Assembly: GCA_963730185.1 (NCBI GenBank)
Contig: CAVSQW010000009.1
Coordinates: 64,001-128,000, forward strand
Origin: an uncultured Gemmatimonadales bacterium
Lineage (GTDB): Bacteria > Gemmatimonadota > Gemmatimonadetes > Gemmatimonadales > GWC2-71-9
Reading direction: 5' to 3'
DNA: 64,000 bases
Position numbers and translations under genes: made by a program. Positions 55,030 to 64,000 of the stretch are shown one piece after another. The notes beneath the pieces were generated by a model, which worked only from the letters and a program-made list of their open reading frames with translations, searched no databases and had not been told where the DNA came from. The first letter of the stretch is position 1, and each line of letters starts with the position of its first letter.

Positions 55030-55953
55030 GTGGTCGTGGAAGTGATCGGCGGCTTCCTAGCCGCGGCGGTGCGGATCGCGACCCCGCTCCTCTGGGCCGC
55101 CACGGGTGAGCTGGTGGCCGAGCGGGCCGGGGTCATCAACCTCTCGGTCGAGGGTGCGATGCTCGCCGGCTGCCTGGCGGCGGCGTTGGGGGCTTCGGTG
55201 GCTGGGCCGTGGACCGGCGTCGGGCTGGCGCTGGTGGCGGGCACCGGGGTGACCCTGGTTTTCGGGATCATCTCAATCTGGGGCCGGAGCGACCAGATCA
55301 TCACGGGGACGGCCCTCACGCTCGGCTCGATCGGCCTGACGGGGGTGGTTTACCGTCAGGCCTTCGGGACCGCGGGGGCGGGGCTCGACCTGCCGACTTT
55401 CGGCTCGGTTTCCGTCCCGGGTCTCGTGCGGATTCCCGTGATCGGACCGGCGCTCTTTGCCCAGCCGGCGCTCGCCTATCTCGCCGTGCTGGCGGTGCCG
55501 GTCGTCTGGTGGCTGCTCTTCCGGACCGACTGGGGTCTCCGACTCCGGGCCACGGGCGAAGGGGCCGAGGCCGCCCACGCCACGGGGGTCCCAGTCCGCC
55601 GGATTCAGTTCGTGGCCGTGCTGGTGGCCGGCGCCTTCGCCGGGGTGGCCGGGGCGACCCTGGTGCTGGCCCAAGTTGGGACCTTCGCCGAACGGATGAC
55701 GGCGGGGCGGGGGTTCATCGCCATCGCCATCGTGGTGCTGGGGCGGTGGCGTCCGATCGGCGTGCTGGCGGCGGCGTTCTTCTTCGGCGCCGCCACGGCC
55801 CTGCAGTTCGCCTTTCAGGCGATGGGGCTGGCGGTGCCATATCAGTTTTTCCTGATGCTTCCCTACCTCGTCGCCTTGGTGGCGCTCGCGGGCGTGGTCG
55901 GCCGAGTCCGGTCGCCGGCGGGACTCGGCCGCACCCTCGGCGACCTGTCCTGA
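55030..55953 (+). CDS. Nucleoside ABC transporter permease
   Basis: ERAGVINLSVEG, GLRLRATGE, MTAGRGFIAIA, LPY. Confidence 0.9.
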   Translation: MVVEVIGGFLAAAVRIATPLLWAATGELVAERAGVINLSVEGAMLAGCLAAALGASVAGPWTGVGLALVAGTGVTLVFGIISIWGRSDQIITGTALTLGSIGLTGVVYRQAFGTAGAGLDLPTFGSVSVPGLVRIPVIGPALFAQPALAYLAVLAVPVVWWLLFRTDWGLRLRATGEGAEAAHATGVPVRRIQFVAVLVAGAFAGVAGATLVLAQVGTFAERMTAGRGFIAIAIVVLGRWRPIGVLAAAFFFGAATALQFAFQAMGLAVPYQFFLMLPYLVALVALAGVVGRVRSPAGLGRTLGDLS

Positions 55954-55986
55954 GGCGGCGCCAGGGCCTGGTCCGGAGCGAATCCA

Positions 55987-56469
55987 TTGAGAAGAACCGT
56001 CGACACCGCCGAGGGGCAAGAGGCGATCGCACGGGTGGGCCGGCTGGTGCGGCTCTGGGACGAGGCGGTCCGGATTCCCGGTCTGGGCTGGCGGGTGGGC
56101 CTGGATCCGCTGGTGGGGCTGGTGCCCGGCGCCGGCGATCTGGTCGGGCTTCTGGTGAGCCTCGGGCCGGTGGTGGTGGCGGTCAGGCTGGGCGCCAACG
56201 GGGCCGTGGTGGCGCGGATGCTTCTCAACGTGATGATCGACGCGGTGGTCGGCGCCGTGCCGATTCTGGGCGACGTGTTCGACGTGGCCTGGCGGGCCAA
56301 CCGCCGGAATCTCAACCTGCTGAAGCGGTGGCTGGCCCAGCCGCACCGGGTTCAGGGATCGAGCCGAGCGCTGCTGCTGGGGTTGGTGGTCGGGGCGGCG
56401 GCCGCGACGGGCGGTGCGGTCTGGCTCGTGGTCGAGCTGCTCCTGACGGTCTGGCGGGCCCTCACTTGA
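55987..56469 (+). CDS. DUF4112 domain membrane protein
   Basis: RIPGLGWRVGLDPLVGLVPGAGD, RMLLNVMID...GAVPILGDVFDVAWRAN.RN. Confidence 0.88.
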   Translation: MRRTVDTAEGQEAIARVGRLVRLWDEAVRIPGLGWRVGLDPLVGLVPGAGDLVGLLVSLGPVVVAVRLGANGAVVARMLLNVMIDAVVGAVPILGDVFDVAWRANRRNLNLLKRWLAQPHRVQGSSRALLLGLVVGAAAATGGAVWLVVELLLTVWRALT

Positions 56470-57661
56470 TCCGACCGTACTTTCGGAGCACGCTCACCAG
56501 CCGGTCGTGGGGAAGCTCGTAGACCCGACGGCCGTTGGCGCCGGTCATGGTCCGAGCGGCGAGCATGGCGTTCACGATCGACTCGGCGGTGGCGTCGATC
56601 GTGGCCTCGAACAGCGGATTGATCCGGTCGTTCGGGATGGCGTCGACGGTGACGACCCGGTCGGGGTTCGACGCGTGGGGGTTGGCGGTCGAAAAGGCGA
56701 TGAAGATGTCGCCCGAGGAGTCGCCGCCGATGCCGCCCAGCTTGCCGATGCCGAGCGCGGCCCGCTTGGCGATGCGCTTGAGCTGGTGGGGGAGGAGGGG
56801 AGCGTCGGTGGCGATCACCACGATGATCGAGCCCTGGTCACCCCGGTCCTCGCCCCGGCCCGTTTCGCAGGCGGGCTGTCCGCGGTGGACGCCGTCAGGA
56901 AGGGCGGCGTAGCAGGGGAGTCGGTCGGGGATCTCCTTCCCCACCGGCACGCCCGCGATGGTGAGGCGGGAGCGGCCCCCGTAGTTGCACTGGACCAGCA
57001 CTCCCACGGTGTAGGCTCGGTCGAGCACGTCGACGCGCCGGGACGAGGTGCCGGTCCCACCCTTGAATTGGTTGCAGACCATTCCGGTGCCGCCGCCGAC
57101 GTTGCCTTCGGGGACCCGACCAGCGCGAGCGCCCTCCAGGGCGCGGATCGCGTCGTCCTTGGTGACGTGGAAGCCGTTGATGTCATTGAGCCCGCCATCC
57201 CAGGTCTCGGCCACGACCGGCAGCGACCAGGCGAACTCCTTGCCGTGCCCGACCACCCAGGCGATCACCGCGTCGTGCACGATCCCGACGCTGTGGGTAT
57301 TGGTGATCATGATGGGGCCGCCGATGAACCCGGATTCCTCGACCCAGGTGGTGCCGGTCATCTCGCCGTTGCCGTTCAGGGTGAACCAGGCGCCGTAGAC
57401 GTCGTCGTCACTTGCCTTGCCTCGGGGGAGGATGGCGGTGACGCCGGTTCGGACCGGTCCCTTGCCGACCACCAGCGTACCGTCTCCCGCGATCAGGGTG
57501 GTCATCCCGACCTCCACTCCAGCCACGTCGGTGATGGCGTTGAGGGGGCCGGGCGTCCCATCCATCGGGATCCCCAGGTCTCGCGCTCGGGGTCGGGACT
57601 GCGCCCCGGCGGGGGCGACGCCGATCATGAGCAGGGCGAAGGCGGCGAGGGAACGACGCAT
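56462..57661 (-). CDS. P1/S58 family aminopeptidase (DmpA-like), secreted
   Basis: Signal peptide; RARDLG, NAITDV, RTGVTAI, GNVGGGTGM, G|SIIVVIATDAP autoproteolysis site, SSGDIF. Confidence 0.92.
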   Translation of the reverse strand: MRRSLAAFALLMIGVAPAGAQSRPRARDLGIPMDGTPGPLNAITDVAGVEVGMTTLIAGDGTLVVGKGPVRTGVTAILPRGKASDDDVYGAWFTLNGNGEMTGTTWVEESGFIGGPIMITNTHSVGIVHDAVIAWVVGHGKEFAWSLPVVAETWDGGLNDINGFHVTKDDAIRALEGARAGRVPEGNVGGGTGMVCNQFKGGTGTSSRRVDVLDRAYTVGVLVQCNYGGRSRLTIAGVPVGKEIPDRLPCYAALPDGVHRGQPACETGRGEDRGDQGSIIVVIATDAPLLPHQLKRIAKRAALGIGKLGGIGGDSSGDIFIAFSTANPHASNPDRVVTVDAIPNDRINPLFEATIDATAESIVNAMLAARTMTGANGRRVYELPHDRLVSVLRKYGRIK

Positions 57662-57857
57662 GCGAGGGGGCCTCCTGAACCGGGTTGCCCGCAATGTATC
57701 GCCCCGGTCTCGGACTGGTGAGAGCCCGTTCCGGCCGGTCTCCTGCGGGGAGGGAGGGGCACGATCGGAGGCCGGCGTGGGTGCCGGGAAGAATCAAGGT
57801 TGCCAAGGTTCGGGATTGGGACGATCGTTAGCGTCTCTCTTGGTCGTTCGAGCTCAC

Positions 57858-58772
57858 GTGCTGCTGTCCACCGACAACCACTTTCCGCTGCGCGACGGGC
57901 GCGTGGTCGGCTACGCGGATTGCGGCGATCCGACGGGCCTGCCGGTGTACTACTGTCATGGGCTTCCGAGCTCGCGACTCGAGCTCGCGACCGACGCGAT
58001 CGCGGACGCGGCGGTTCGGGCCGGCGTTCGCCTGATCGCGATGGACCGGCCCGGCATCGGCGAGTCGAGCACCAAAGTGCAGCGGACGATCCCCGACTCC
58101 GTCTTGGACCTGGCCGACCTGGCCGACGGGCTCGGCCACGAGCGGTTCGCGGTGCTGGGTGTTTCCGGCGGGGCGCCCTACGCGCTGGCGGCCGCGCGGC
58201 GAATGCCCGAACGGATCCGGGCGGTTGGGGTGGTGGCCGGATTGGCGCCGCTGGCGGGGACGGGACTCCGGGCGACGATGCCGCCGAGAGCTCGGCGGAC
58301 GTTGTGGGCCGCCCGGTGGCTTCCCGGGCTCCTGGACCGGCGGCTCCGCCGGGTGGCCGAGGACCTGGAGCGGGATCCGGCGTCGGTCATGGCTGCCTAC
58401 GAACGGGACCTCGCGGACGCGGACCGAGCGGTCGTGGCCGAGCCCCTCTGGCGGGTGGCGCTGACCACGTCCTGGCGGGAGGCGTTCCGCCGGGGGATCG
58501 AGGGCCCCAAGCAAGATCTGATGCTGGCGGCCCGTCCCTGGGGCTTCCGGCTCGACGAGATTCGAGTTCCCGTCAATCTCTGGTTTGGCGGGGCGGATCG
58601 GATCGTCCCACCGGCGATGGCGCGCTATCTGGTGGACCGACTCCGGCTCACCGAAGCTCGCTCGTATCCCGCCGAGGGACACCTGTCGCTGCTGGTCCGG
58701 CGGACGGAGTCGATCCTCTCCGATCTGGTCCGGGCGGCCGCCCGACACCGGGCCCCGACGGTCGGGGCCTAG
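57858..58772 (+). CDS. Alpha/beta hydrolase
   Basis: DGRVVGYAD.GDP.G, HGLPSSR, DRPGIG, GVSGGAP, EGHLS. Confidence 0.88.
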   Translation: MLLSTDNHFPLRDGRVVGYADCGDPTGLPVYYCHGLPSSRLELATDAIADAAVRAGVRLIAMDRPGIGESSTKVQRTIPDSVLDLADLADGLGHERFAVLGVSGGAPYALAAARRMPERIRAVGVVAGLAPLAGTGLRATMPPRARRTLWAARWLPGLLDRRLRRVAEDLERDPASVMAAYERDLADADRAVVAEPLWRVALTTSWREAFRRGIEGPKQDLMLAARPWGFRLDEIRVPVNLWFGGADRIVPPAMARYLVDRLRLTEARSYPAEGHLSLLVRRTESILSDLVRAAARHRAPTVGA

Positions 58773-58793
58773 GCCGGCCCGGCGGCGTCGCGA

Positions 58794-59951
58794 TCAGCGC
58801 CGTTTGGGCAAGCTGGCCAGACGCTCGACCGCGGCTCGGAGCATGTCTTCCGTCTTACAGAAGGCGAACCGGGTCAGATGGCGGCCCCGAGCGGGGTCGC
58901 TGAAGAAGCTGGTCCCCGGCACGGTCGCCACCCCGCCTTCGGCGGTGAGCCAGCGGGCGAACTCGTCGGCCGGGCGATCGCTCAGGTCGGAGAAGTCGGC
59001 CAGGATGTAATAGGCACCTTCCGGGCTGGTGCACCGGAACCCTGCCCCTCGGAGCGCTTCAACCAGAAGATCGCGGCGCTCCCGATATTCGCGTCCAATC
59101 TGCTCGTAGTAGTTCCGTCCCAGCGTCTCCATCGCGACCGCCAGGCCCTCCTGGAGCGGGGCCGGTGCCCCGACCGTGAGGAAGTCGTGCACCTTCCGAA
59201 TGGCGTCGGTGACTCCCGCCGGCGCCACGATCGTGCCGATCCGCCACCCGGTGATGCTGTACGTCTTGGAGGCGCCGCTGATGGTAATGGTCCGATCGCG
59301 CATTCCGGGCAGCGTGGCCATCGGGATGTGCTCGCCCTCGTAGTAGATGTGCTCGTAGATTTCGTCGGTGACCGCCCAGGTGTCGTGGCGCCGACAGAGC
59401 TCCGCGATGCCACTGAGCTCGGCCCGGTCGAGCACCCGCCCCGACGGATTGCCAGGGGTGTTGACGACGATGGCTCGGGTCTTGGACGAAAAGGCCGCGG
59501 CCAAGCGGTCGAGGTCGAGTCGTTCTCCCGGCATCAGCGGCACGAACACCGGGCGCGCCTCGCAGAGGATGGCGTCCGGACCGTAGTTTTCGTAGAACGG
59601 CTCGAAGACGATTACCTCGTCGCCGGGGTCGGCGATGGCGAGCAGCGTCGAGGCCATGGCCTCGGTGGCGCCGCAGGTGACGGTGAGCTCGGTCTCCGGA
59701 TTCACTTCCAGGCCGTACCAGTCGGCGTATTTCCGGGTGAGCGCGTTCCGCAGCCGCTTGGCGCCCCACGTGATGGCGTACTGGTTGATGTCCGCTCTGA
59801 TCGCGCGAGCGGCGGCTTCCTTGAGCACGTCGGGCGTGGGGAAGTTGGGGAAGCCTTGAGCCAGGTTGATGGCGCCGTACTGGTCGGCCAGCCGGGTCAT
59901 CCCCCGGATCACCGACTCGGTGAAGGTGTGGGTGCGGCGAGCCGTCTGCAT
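58794..59951 (-). CDS. Class I/II PLP-dependent aminotransferase
   Basis: [40 protein letters not shown]. Confidence 0.93.
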   Translation of the reverse strand: MQTARRTHTFTESVIRGMTRLADQYGAINLAQGFPNFPTPDVLKEAAARAIRADINQYAITWGAKRLRNALTRKYADWYGLEVNPETELTVTCGATEAMASTLLAIADPGDEVIVFEPFYENYGPDAILCEARPVFVPLMPGERLDLDRLAAAFSSKTRAIVVNTPGNPSGRVLDRAELSGIAELCRRHDTWAVTDEIYEHIYYEGEHIPMATLPGMRDRTITISGASKTYSITGWRIGTIVAPAGVTDAIRKVHDFLTVGAPAPLQEGLAVAMETLGRNYYEQIGREYRERRDLLVEALRGAGFRCTSPEGAYYILADFSDLSDRPADEFARWLTAEGGVATVPGTSFFSDPARGRHLTRFAFCKTEDMLRAAVERLASLPKRR

Positions 59952-60060
59952 GGGACCGTTCGGGGGTGAGGACGCGGGAATTATAGCCCTCTCCGTCCTT
60001 CAGCGTTCCTTCACGATGGCGAGGGTAGACTGGACCACGCACCCCCTGGGAAGGTTTTCG

Positions 60061-61131
60061 ATGCCCACGCCGCCGCTTCGAGCTCGAGGACTGACGACTC
60101 TGGTCGGCAACACTCCGCTTCTCGCCATCCGCCTGCGGTTCCGAGGCCGGCTCGCCGTGGTGTACGCCAAGTCCGAGAACCTCAACATGACCGGGAGCGT
60201 GAAGGACCGGATGGCGCTCCACATCCTGGTCGAGGCCCGGACGCGGGGACAGCTTCATGAGGGCGGCCTGGTGGTGGAGGCCACCAGCGGCAATACGGGA
60301 ATCTCGTTCGCCGCGATCGGACGGGCGTTAGGCCACCCGGTGGCGATCTTCATGCCCGATTGGATGAGCTCGGAGCGGGTGAACCTGATCCGGTCGTTCG
60401 GCGCGACGGTCAGGCTGGTAAGCGCCGGAGAGGGTGGGTTTCAGGGTGCGATCCGGCTGGCCGACGAGCTGGCAGCTGCGACGCCGGGTGCGTTCCTGCC
60501 CCATCAGTTCGCCAATCAAGACAACTGCCGGGCGCACGAGCGGACGACCGGTCCGGAGATCGCGTCACAGCTCCGCCAGATCAACCGGTTCGTCGAGTGC
60601 TTCGTGGCGGGGGTCGGAACGGGTGGGACGATCATGGGCGTGGGGCGCTACCTTCGTCAGGTGAACCGGCGGATTCGGCTTCACCCGGTGGAGCCGGCCG
60701 AGTCGCCGACCCTGAGTCGGGGGCGGAAGGAGGGGAGCCATCGGATCCAGGGCATTTCGGACGAGTTCATCCCTCCGATCCTGGAGCTTCCCTTCCTGGA
60801 CGACGTCCTTGCCGTCCACGACGGCGACGCCATCCTGATGGCGCAGCAGCTGGCTCGGGAGCTGGGCCTGGCGGTGGGGATCTCGTCCGGGGCGAACTTT
60901 CTGGCGGCCCTCGAGGCGATCGGCCGATTGGGGCCCGACGCCACGGTGGTGACACTCTTTCCCGACAGCAACAAGAAGTACCTGAGCACTGACTTGATGC
61001 GGGAGGAGCCGGTCGAGGCGGGCTACCTCACGCCGGAGGTCGAGCTCCTGGGCTTCGACGTGGTAGGTCGGGCGTGCGCCATGTGTCGCGAACCCGTTCT
61101 CGCCGCGCCGCTCTACGCCTCGAAGGGCTGA
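60061..61131 (+). CDS. PLP-dependent cysteine synthase family protein
   Basis: VGNTPL, TGSVKDR, TSGNTG, GVGTGGT, HRIQG, GISSGAN; C-terminal CAMC. Confidence 0.9.
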   Translation: MPTPPLRARGLTTLVGNTPLLAIRLRFRGRLAVVYAKSENLNMTGSVKDRMALHILVEARTRGQLHEGGLVVEATSGNTGISFAAIGRALGHPVAIFMPDWMSSERVNLIRSFGATVRLVSAGEGGFQGAIRLADELAAATPGAFLPHQFANQDNCRAHERTTGPEIASQLRQINRFVECFVAGVGTGGTIMGVGRYLRQVNRRIRLHPVEPAESPTLSRGRKEGSHRIQGISDEFIPPILELPFLDDVLAVHDGDAILMAQQLARELGLAVGISSGANFLAALEAIGRLGPDATVVTLFPDSNKKYLSTDLMREEPVEAGYLTPEVELLGFDVVGRACAMCREPVLAAPLYASKG

Positions 61132-61199
61132 TCGGCTGGTCCTCAGCCGCGCCCCCGCGTATCCTTGCCTCTCCGGCACTTGGGACCGAGGCACCCGAC

Positions 61200-62528
61200 A
61201 TGCGACTCTCGACTCCGCTCCTCCTCCTGACCGCGCTGACCTTGAGCGGCCGGGTCGGTCAGGCGCAATCCAAGACCGACGCCACCGAGCGGCGCATCGT
61301 CAAGGCGGTCGACGCCGACAGCGCCCGGGCCGTGGCCCTGCTCGAGCGGGTGGTCAACATCAACAGCGGGACGATGAACTTCGACGGCGTGCGTCAGGTC
61401 GGCGCCGTCTTCCGAGCCGAGCTCGACGGGCTCGGCTTCCGCACCAAGTGGATCGACGGCGCCGGGTTCGGCCGGGCCGGCCACCTGGTGGCCGAACACC
61501 CCGGCCACGGGACCAAGCTGCTCCTGATCGGTCACCTCGATACGGTATTCGAGAAGGACAGTCCGTTCCAGCGTTTCGAGCGGGTCGATGCCACCCACGC
61601 CCGCGGCCCCGGCATCATCGACATGAAGGGTGGCGACGTGATCATGATCCAGGCCCTCAAAGCGCTCAAGGCCGCGGGGGTCCTGGACGGGCTCGACGTC
61701 ACGATCGTGATGACCGGCGACGAGGAGAAGTCGGGCGACCCGCTGCTCGTCGCCCGCCAGGCGCTGATCGACGCCGCCCGGCGGGCCGACGTCGCGATCG
61801 GCTTCGAGGACGGCCCGGGCGATCCGGCCCGGGCGGTGGTCGCCCGGCGCGGGTATACCGGATGGGCGCTGACCGTGACCGGAACGCCGGCGCATTCGTC
61901 GCAGATCTTCCGGGAGGACATCGGCCCGGGCGCGATCTTCGAGACGGCCCGGGTCCTCGAGGCGTTCCGGACCAGGCTGGCGGGCGAGCAGTACCTGACC
62001 TTCAACCCCGGCGTGGCGCTGGGGGGCACGGCCGTCGGGCTCGATTCCACCGACGATCGGGGGACGGCCTCCGGCAAGGCCAACGTGGTGGCCGAGCACA
62101 TGGCGGTGACGGGCGATCTCCGGACCCTGTCCGCCGATCAGCTGGCTCGGACCAAGGCGACCATGCAATCCATCGTCGACGCGTCCCTCCCCCACACCCA
62201 CTCGACGATCGAGTTCCGAGACGGCTACCCGCCGCTCGCTCCGGCCAAAGGCAACCTCGAGCTGCTGTCGCTCTACGACCAGGTGAGCCGAGACCTGGGG
62301 TTCGAGGCGGTCCGGGCGACCGATCCGAGCGCGGCGGGCGCCGCGGACGTGTCCTTCACGGCCGGCCTGGTGTCGATGGCGATCGATGGTGTCGGCCTGG
62401 CCGGCTCCGACGATCACACGGAGAAGGAGACGGCCGATCTGTCCACCCTGCCGAGGCTCACCAAGCGGGCGGCCGTGCTGTTCTATCGACTGGGGCGGCG
62501 CCAGGTGGCCGGCCAGACGGGCGGCTGA
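61200..62528 (+). CDS. M20/M25/M40 metallohydrolase (carboxypeptidase G2-like), secreted
   Basis: Signal peptide; GHLDTVF, GIIDMKGG, GDEE, DHTEKE. Confidence 0.9.
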   Translation: MRLSTPLLLLTALTLSGRVGQAQSKTDATERRIVKAVDADSARAVALLERVVNINSGTMNFDGVRQVGAVFRAELDGLGFRTKWIDGAGFGRAGHLVAEHPGHGTKLLLIGHLDTVFEKDSPFQRFERVDATHARGPGIIDMKGGDVIMIQALKALKAAGVLDGLDVTIVMTGDEEKSGDPLLVARQALIDAARRADVAIGFEDGPGDPARAVVARRGYTGWALTVTGTPAHSSQIFREDIGPGAIFETARVLEAFRTRLAGEQYLTFNPGVALGGTAVGLDSTDDRGTASGKANVVAEHMAVTGDLRTLSADQLARTKATMQSIVDASLPHTHSTIEFRDGYPPLAPAKGNLELLSLYDQVSRDLGFEAVRATDPSAAGAADVSFTAGLVSMAIDGVGLAGSDDHTEKETADLSTLPRLTKRAAVLFYRLGRRQVAGQTGG

Positions 62529-62540
62529 CCGTTCGGTGGG

Positions 62541-64000
62541 TCAGCCGGCTCGGAGCGCCTCGATCGGGTCCACCCGACCAGCCCGGCGCGCCGGGAGCCA
62601 ACAGGCCGCGAGGACCGTGACCGCCATGACCAGGGATCCGGCGACATAGACCGCCGGCTCCCGGGGACTGACGCCGAACACCAGGCTCTGGAGCAGGCGG
62701 CCGAATCCCAGGGCGAGGGCGACCCCGAACACCTGCCCTCCCACTACCAGCACCAGCCCCTCGCGTCCCAAGAGTCCTTCGATATCCCGGCGGTCGGCGC
62801 CGACCGCTCGCCGAATGGCGATCTCCTGGCGCCGCTGGGCGACGGTGTAGCTCAGGACGCCGTGCACGCCGAGCACCGCCAACAGGAGCGCCAGGATCCC
62901 GAAACCGGCCAGGAGCCAGGCTCGGAGCCGAGGGGTGGCGATGGAGTCGGAGCGGATCGAGGCCATGGTGGTGACCCGACCGATCGGCAGATCGGGCGCC
63001 ACCGACCGGAGCGCCTGTCGCATCGGGCCGAGGACCGAGCCGGGGGTGCTGCTGGCGGCGACGACCCACATGCCTTCTCCGGCCGGCAGCTGGTTCCAGG
63101 GGTAGTAGAAGCCGGGCCGGCCGGGTTGATCGAGCTTGGTTCGGACGTCGGCGACGACCCCTACCACCGTCAGGTACTCGTCCTGCCACGATCGGCGCAT
63201 CCGCTTGCCAACCGCTTCGGCGGTGCCGCCCCAGAGGATCTTGGCCAGCGCCTGGTTGACGACGACGGAGTGGGCTCCCGCCCGAAAGTCATCGTCGGTG
63301 AAGTCCCGGCCGACGATGATGGGAATCCGGGTCGTCTCGAAGTAGCGCGGGCCGACGGCCCGGTTGTCCGGGAACATCTCCCGAATCGGATCCTGCCCCT
63401 CAGCCGCTACCATCTGGTTGTAGGCGACCCCCGCCAGGGGCAAGGTGCGATCGAGGGTGACGGCCCGGACGCCCGGCAACAGGCTCACCTGGTCAAGCAC
63501 GCGGTCAAAGAACCGCACTTTGGCGGCGGAGTCGGCGTACGGTGACTGATCCCCGCTGGGCAGCACCAACTCGGCCACGGCCAGCGAATCGGTTTCCATG
63601 CCGTTGTTGACGGCGTCGAGCCGCCGGAGGCTGGTCATGACCAGGAGCGCGACGATCAGCGTCGCGAGCGACAGGGCATACTGAGGCACGACCAGGAGCG
63701 AGGTCCGCCGCCGGCGGGTGCTCCCGGCGCCCAAGGTCCGCTCGGAACGCAGGGCGTCGTAAGGCTCGACTCGGGCCGCGCGCAGGGCCGGGGCGAGACC
63801 GAAGCCCAGGCCGGCCAGAAGCCCGATCGCCGCGGTAAAGGTTACCACCCGCCAATCGAGGCTCACGCCACCGGAGTGCAGCAGGGTGTCGGGGAGGACC
63901 CGGTTCAGGACGCCCTGGGTCAGCCACGCGAGGGCGAGGCCCAGGCCGGCTCCGCCCAGGCCGAGGAGCGTGGTCTCGGTAAGGGTCTGGCGGACCAGGC
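62541..64000 (-). CDS. MacB/FtsX-family duplicated ABC permease (ADOP-type), 5' end outside window
   Basis: LVRQTLTE FtsX repeat, periplasmic VGVVADV, GVLSYTVAQRRQEIAIRRAVGA, PARRAGRVDP..ALR; frame open to the window edge. Confidence 0.88.
   Translation of the reverse strand, partial: LVRQTLTETTLLGLGGAGLGLALAWLTQGVLNRVLPDTLLHSGGVSLDWRVVTFTAAIGLLAGLGFGLAPALRAARVEPYDALRSERTLGAGSTRRRRTSLLVVPQYALSLATLIVALLVMTSLRRLDAVNNGMETDSLAVAELVLPSGDQSPYADSAAKVRFFDRVLDQVSLLPGVRAVTLDRTLPLAGVAYNQMVAAEGQDPIREMFPDNRAVGPRYFETTRIPIIVGRDFTDDDFRAGAHSVVVNQALAKILWGGTAEAVGKRMRRSWQDEYLTVVGVVADVRTKLDQPGRPGFYYPWNQLPAGEGMWVVAASSTPGSVLGPMRQALRSVAPDLPIGRVTTMASIRSDSIATPRLRAWLLAGFGILALLLAVLGVHGVLSYTVAQRRQEIAIRRAVGADRRDIEGLLGREGLVLVVGGQVFGVALALGFGRLLQSLVFGVSPREPAVYVAGSLVMAVTVLAACWLPARRAGRVDPIEALRAG

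Overview
High-GC bacterial chromosome segment spanning the replication origin. Gene style (GWxTD lipoprotein, kinase-TolB-like-TPR protein, duplicated FtsX permease, receiver-like AraC) suggests Gemmatimonadota; this is inference. Content is mostly housekeeping: mutS-tonB-cbs-ddl-rhomboid operon, mnmE-yidC-yidD-rnpA-rpmH divergent from dnaA, rnpB, polA, rnd, def, sufBCDSU-brx, mnmG, two perfect parS sites, and a parAB-M23-bactofilin-nucleoside ABC operon. No mobile element, CRISPR array, rRNA or tRNA was seen. The stand-out feature is the origin: dnaA is followed by TWO intact sliding-clamp genes (~91% aa identical by hand alignment). They are separated by a frameshifted relic of the dnaA 3' end plus an oriC-like DnaA-box/DnaA-trio element. 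The dnaA-proximal copy is remodelled in the client-peptide-binding loop (PPYEQVIP -> PPLEVLDKLL), the two copies show mosaic identity suggestive of gene conversion, and DnaA itself carries a clamp-binding-like motif (QIDFF). Other notable items: rnpA lacks a canonical start at its expected position, a 30-aa half-CDGSH micro-ORF, a candidate ECF-driven sRNA, an IscR/Rrf2-like operator on the suf promoter, and a frameshifted kinase. All alignments and counts were done by eye.
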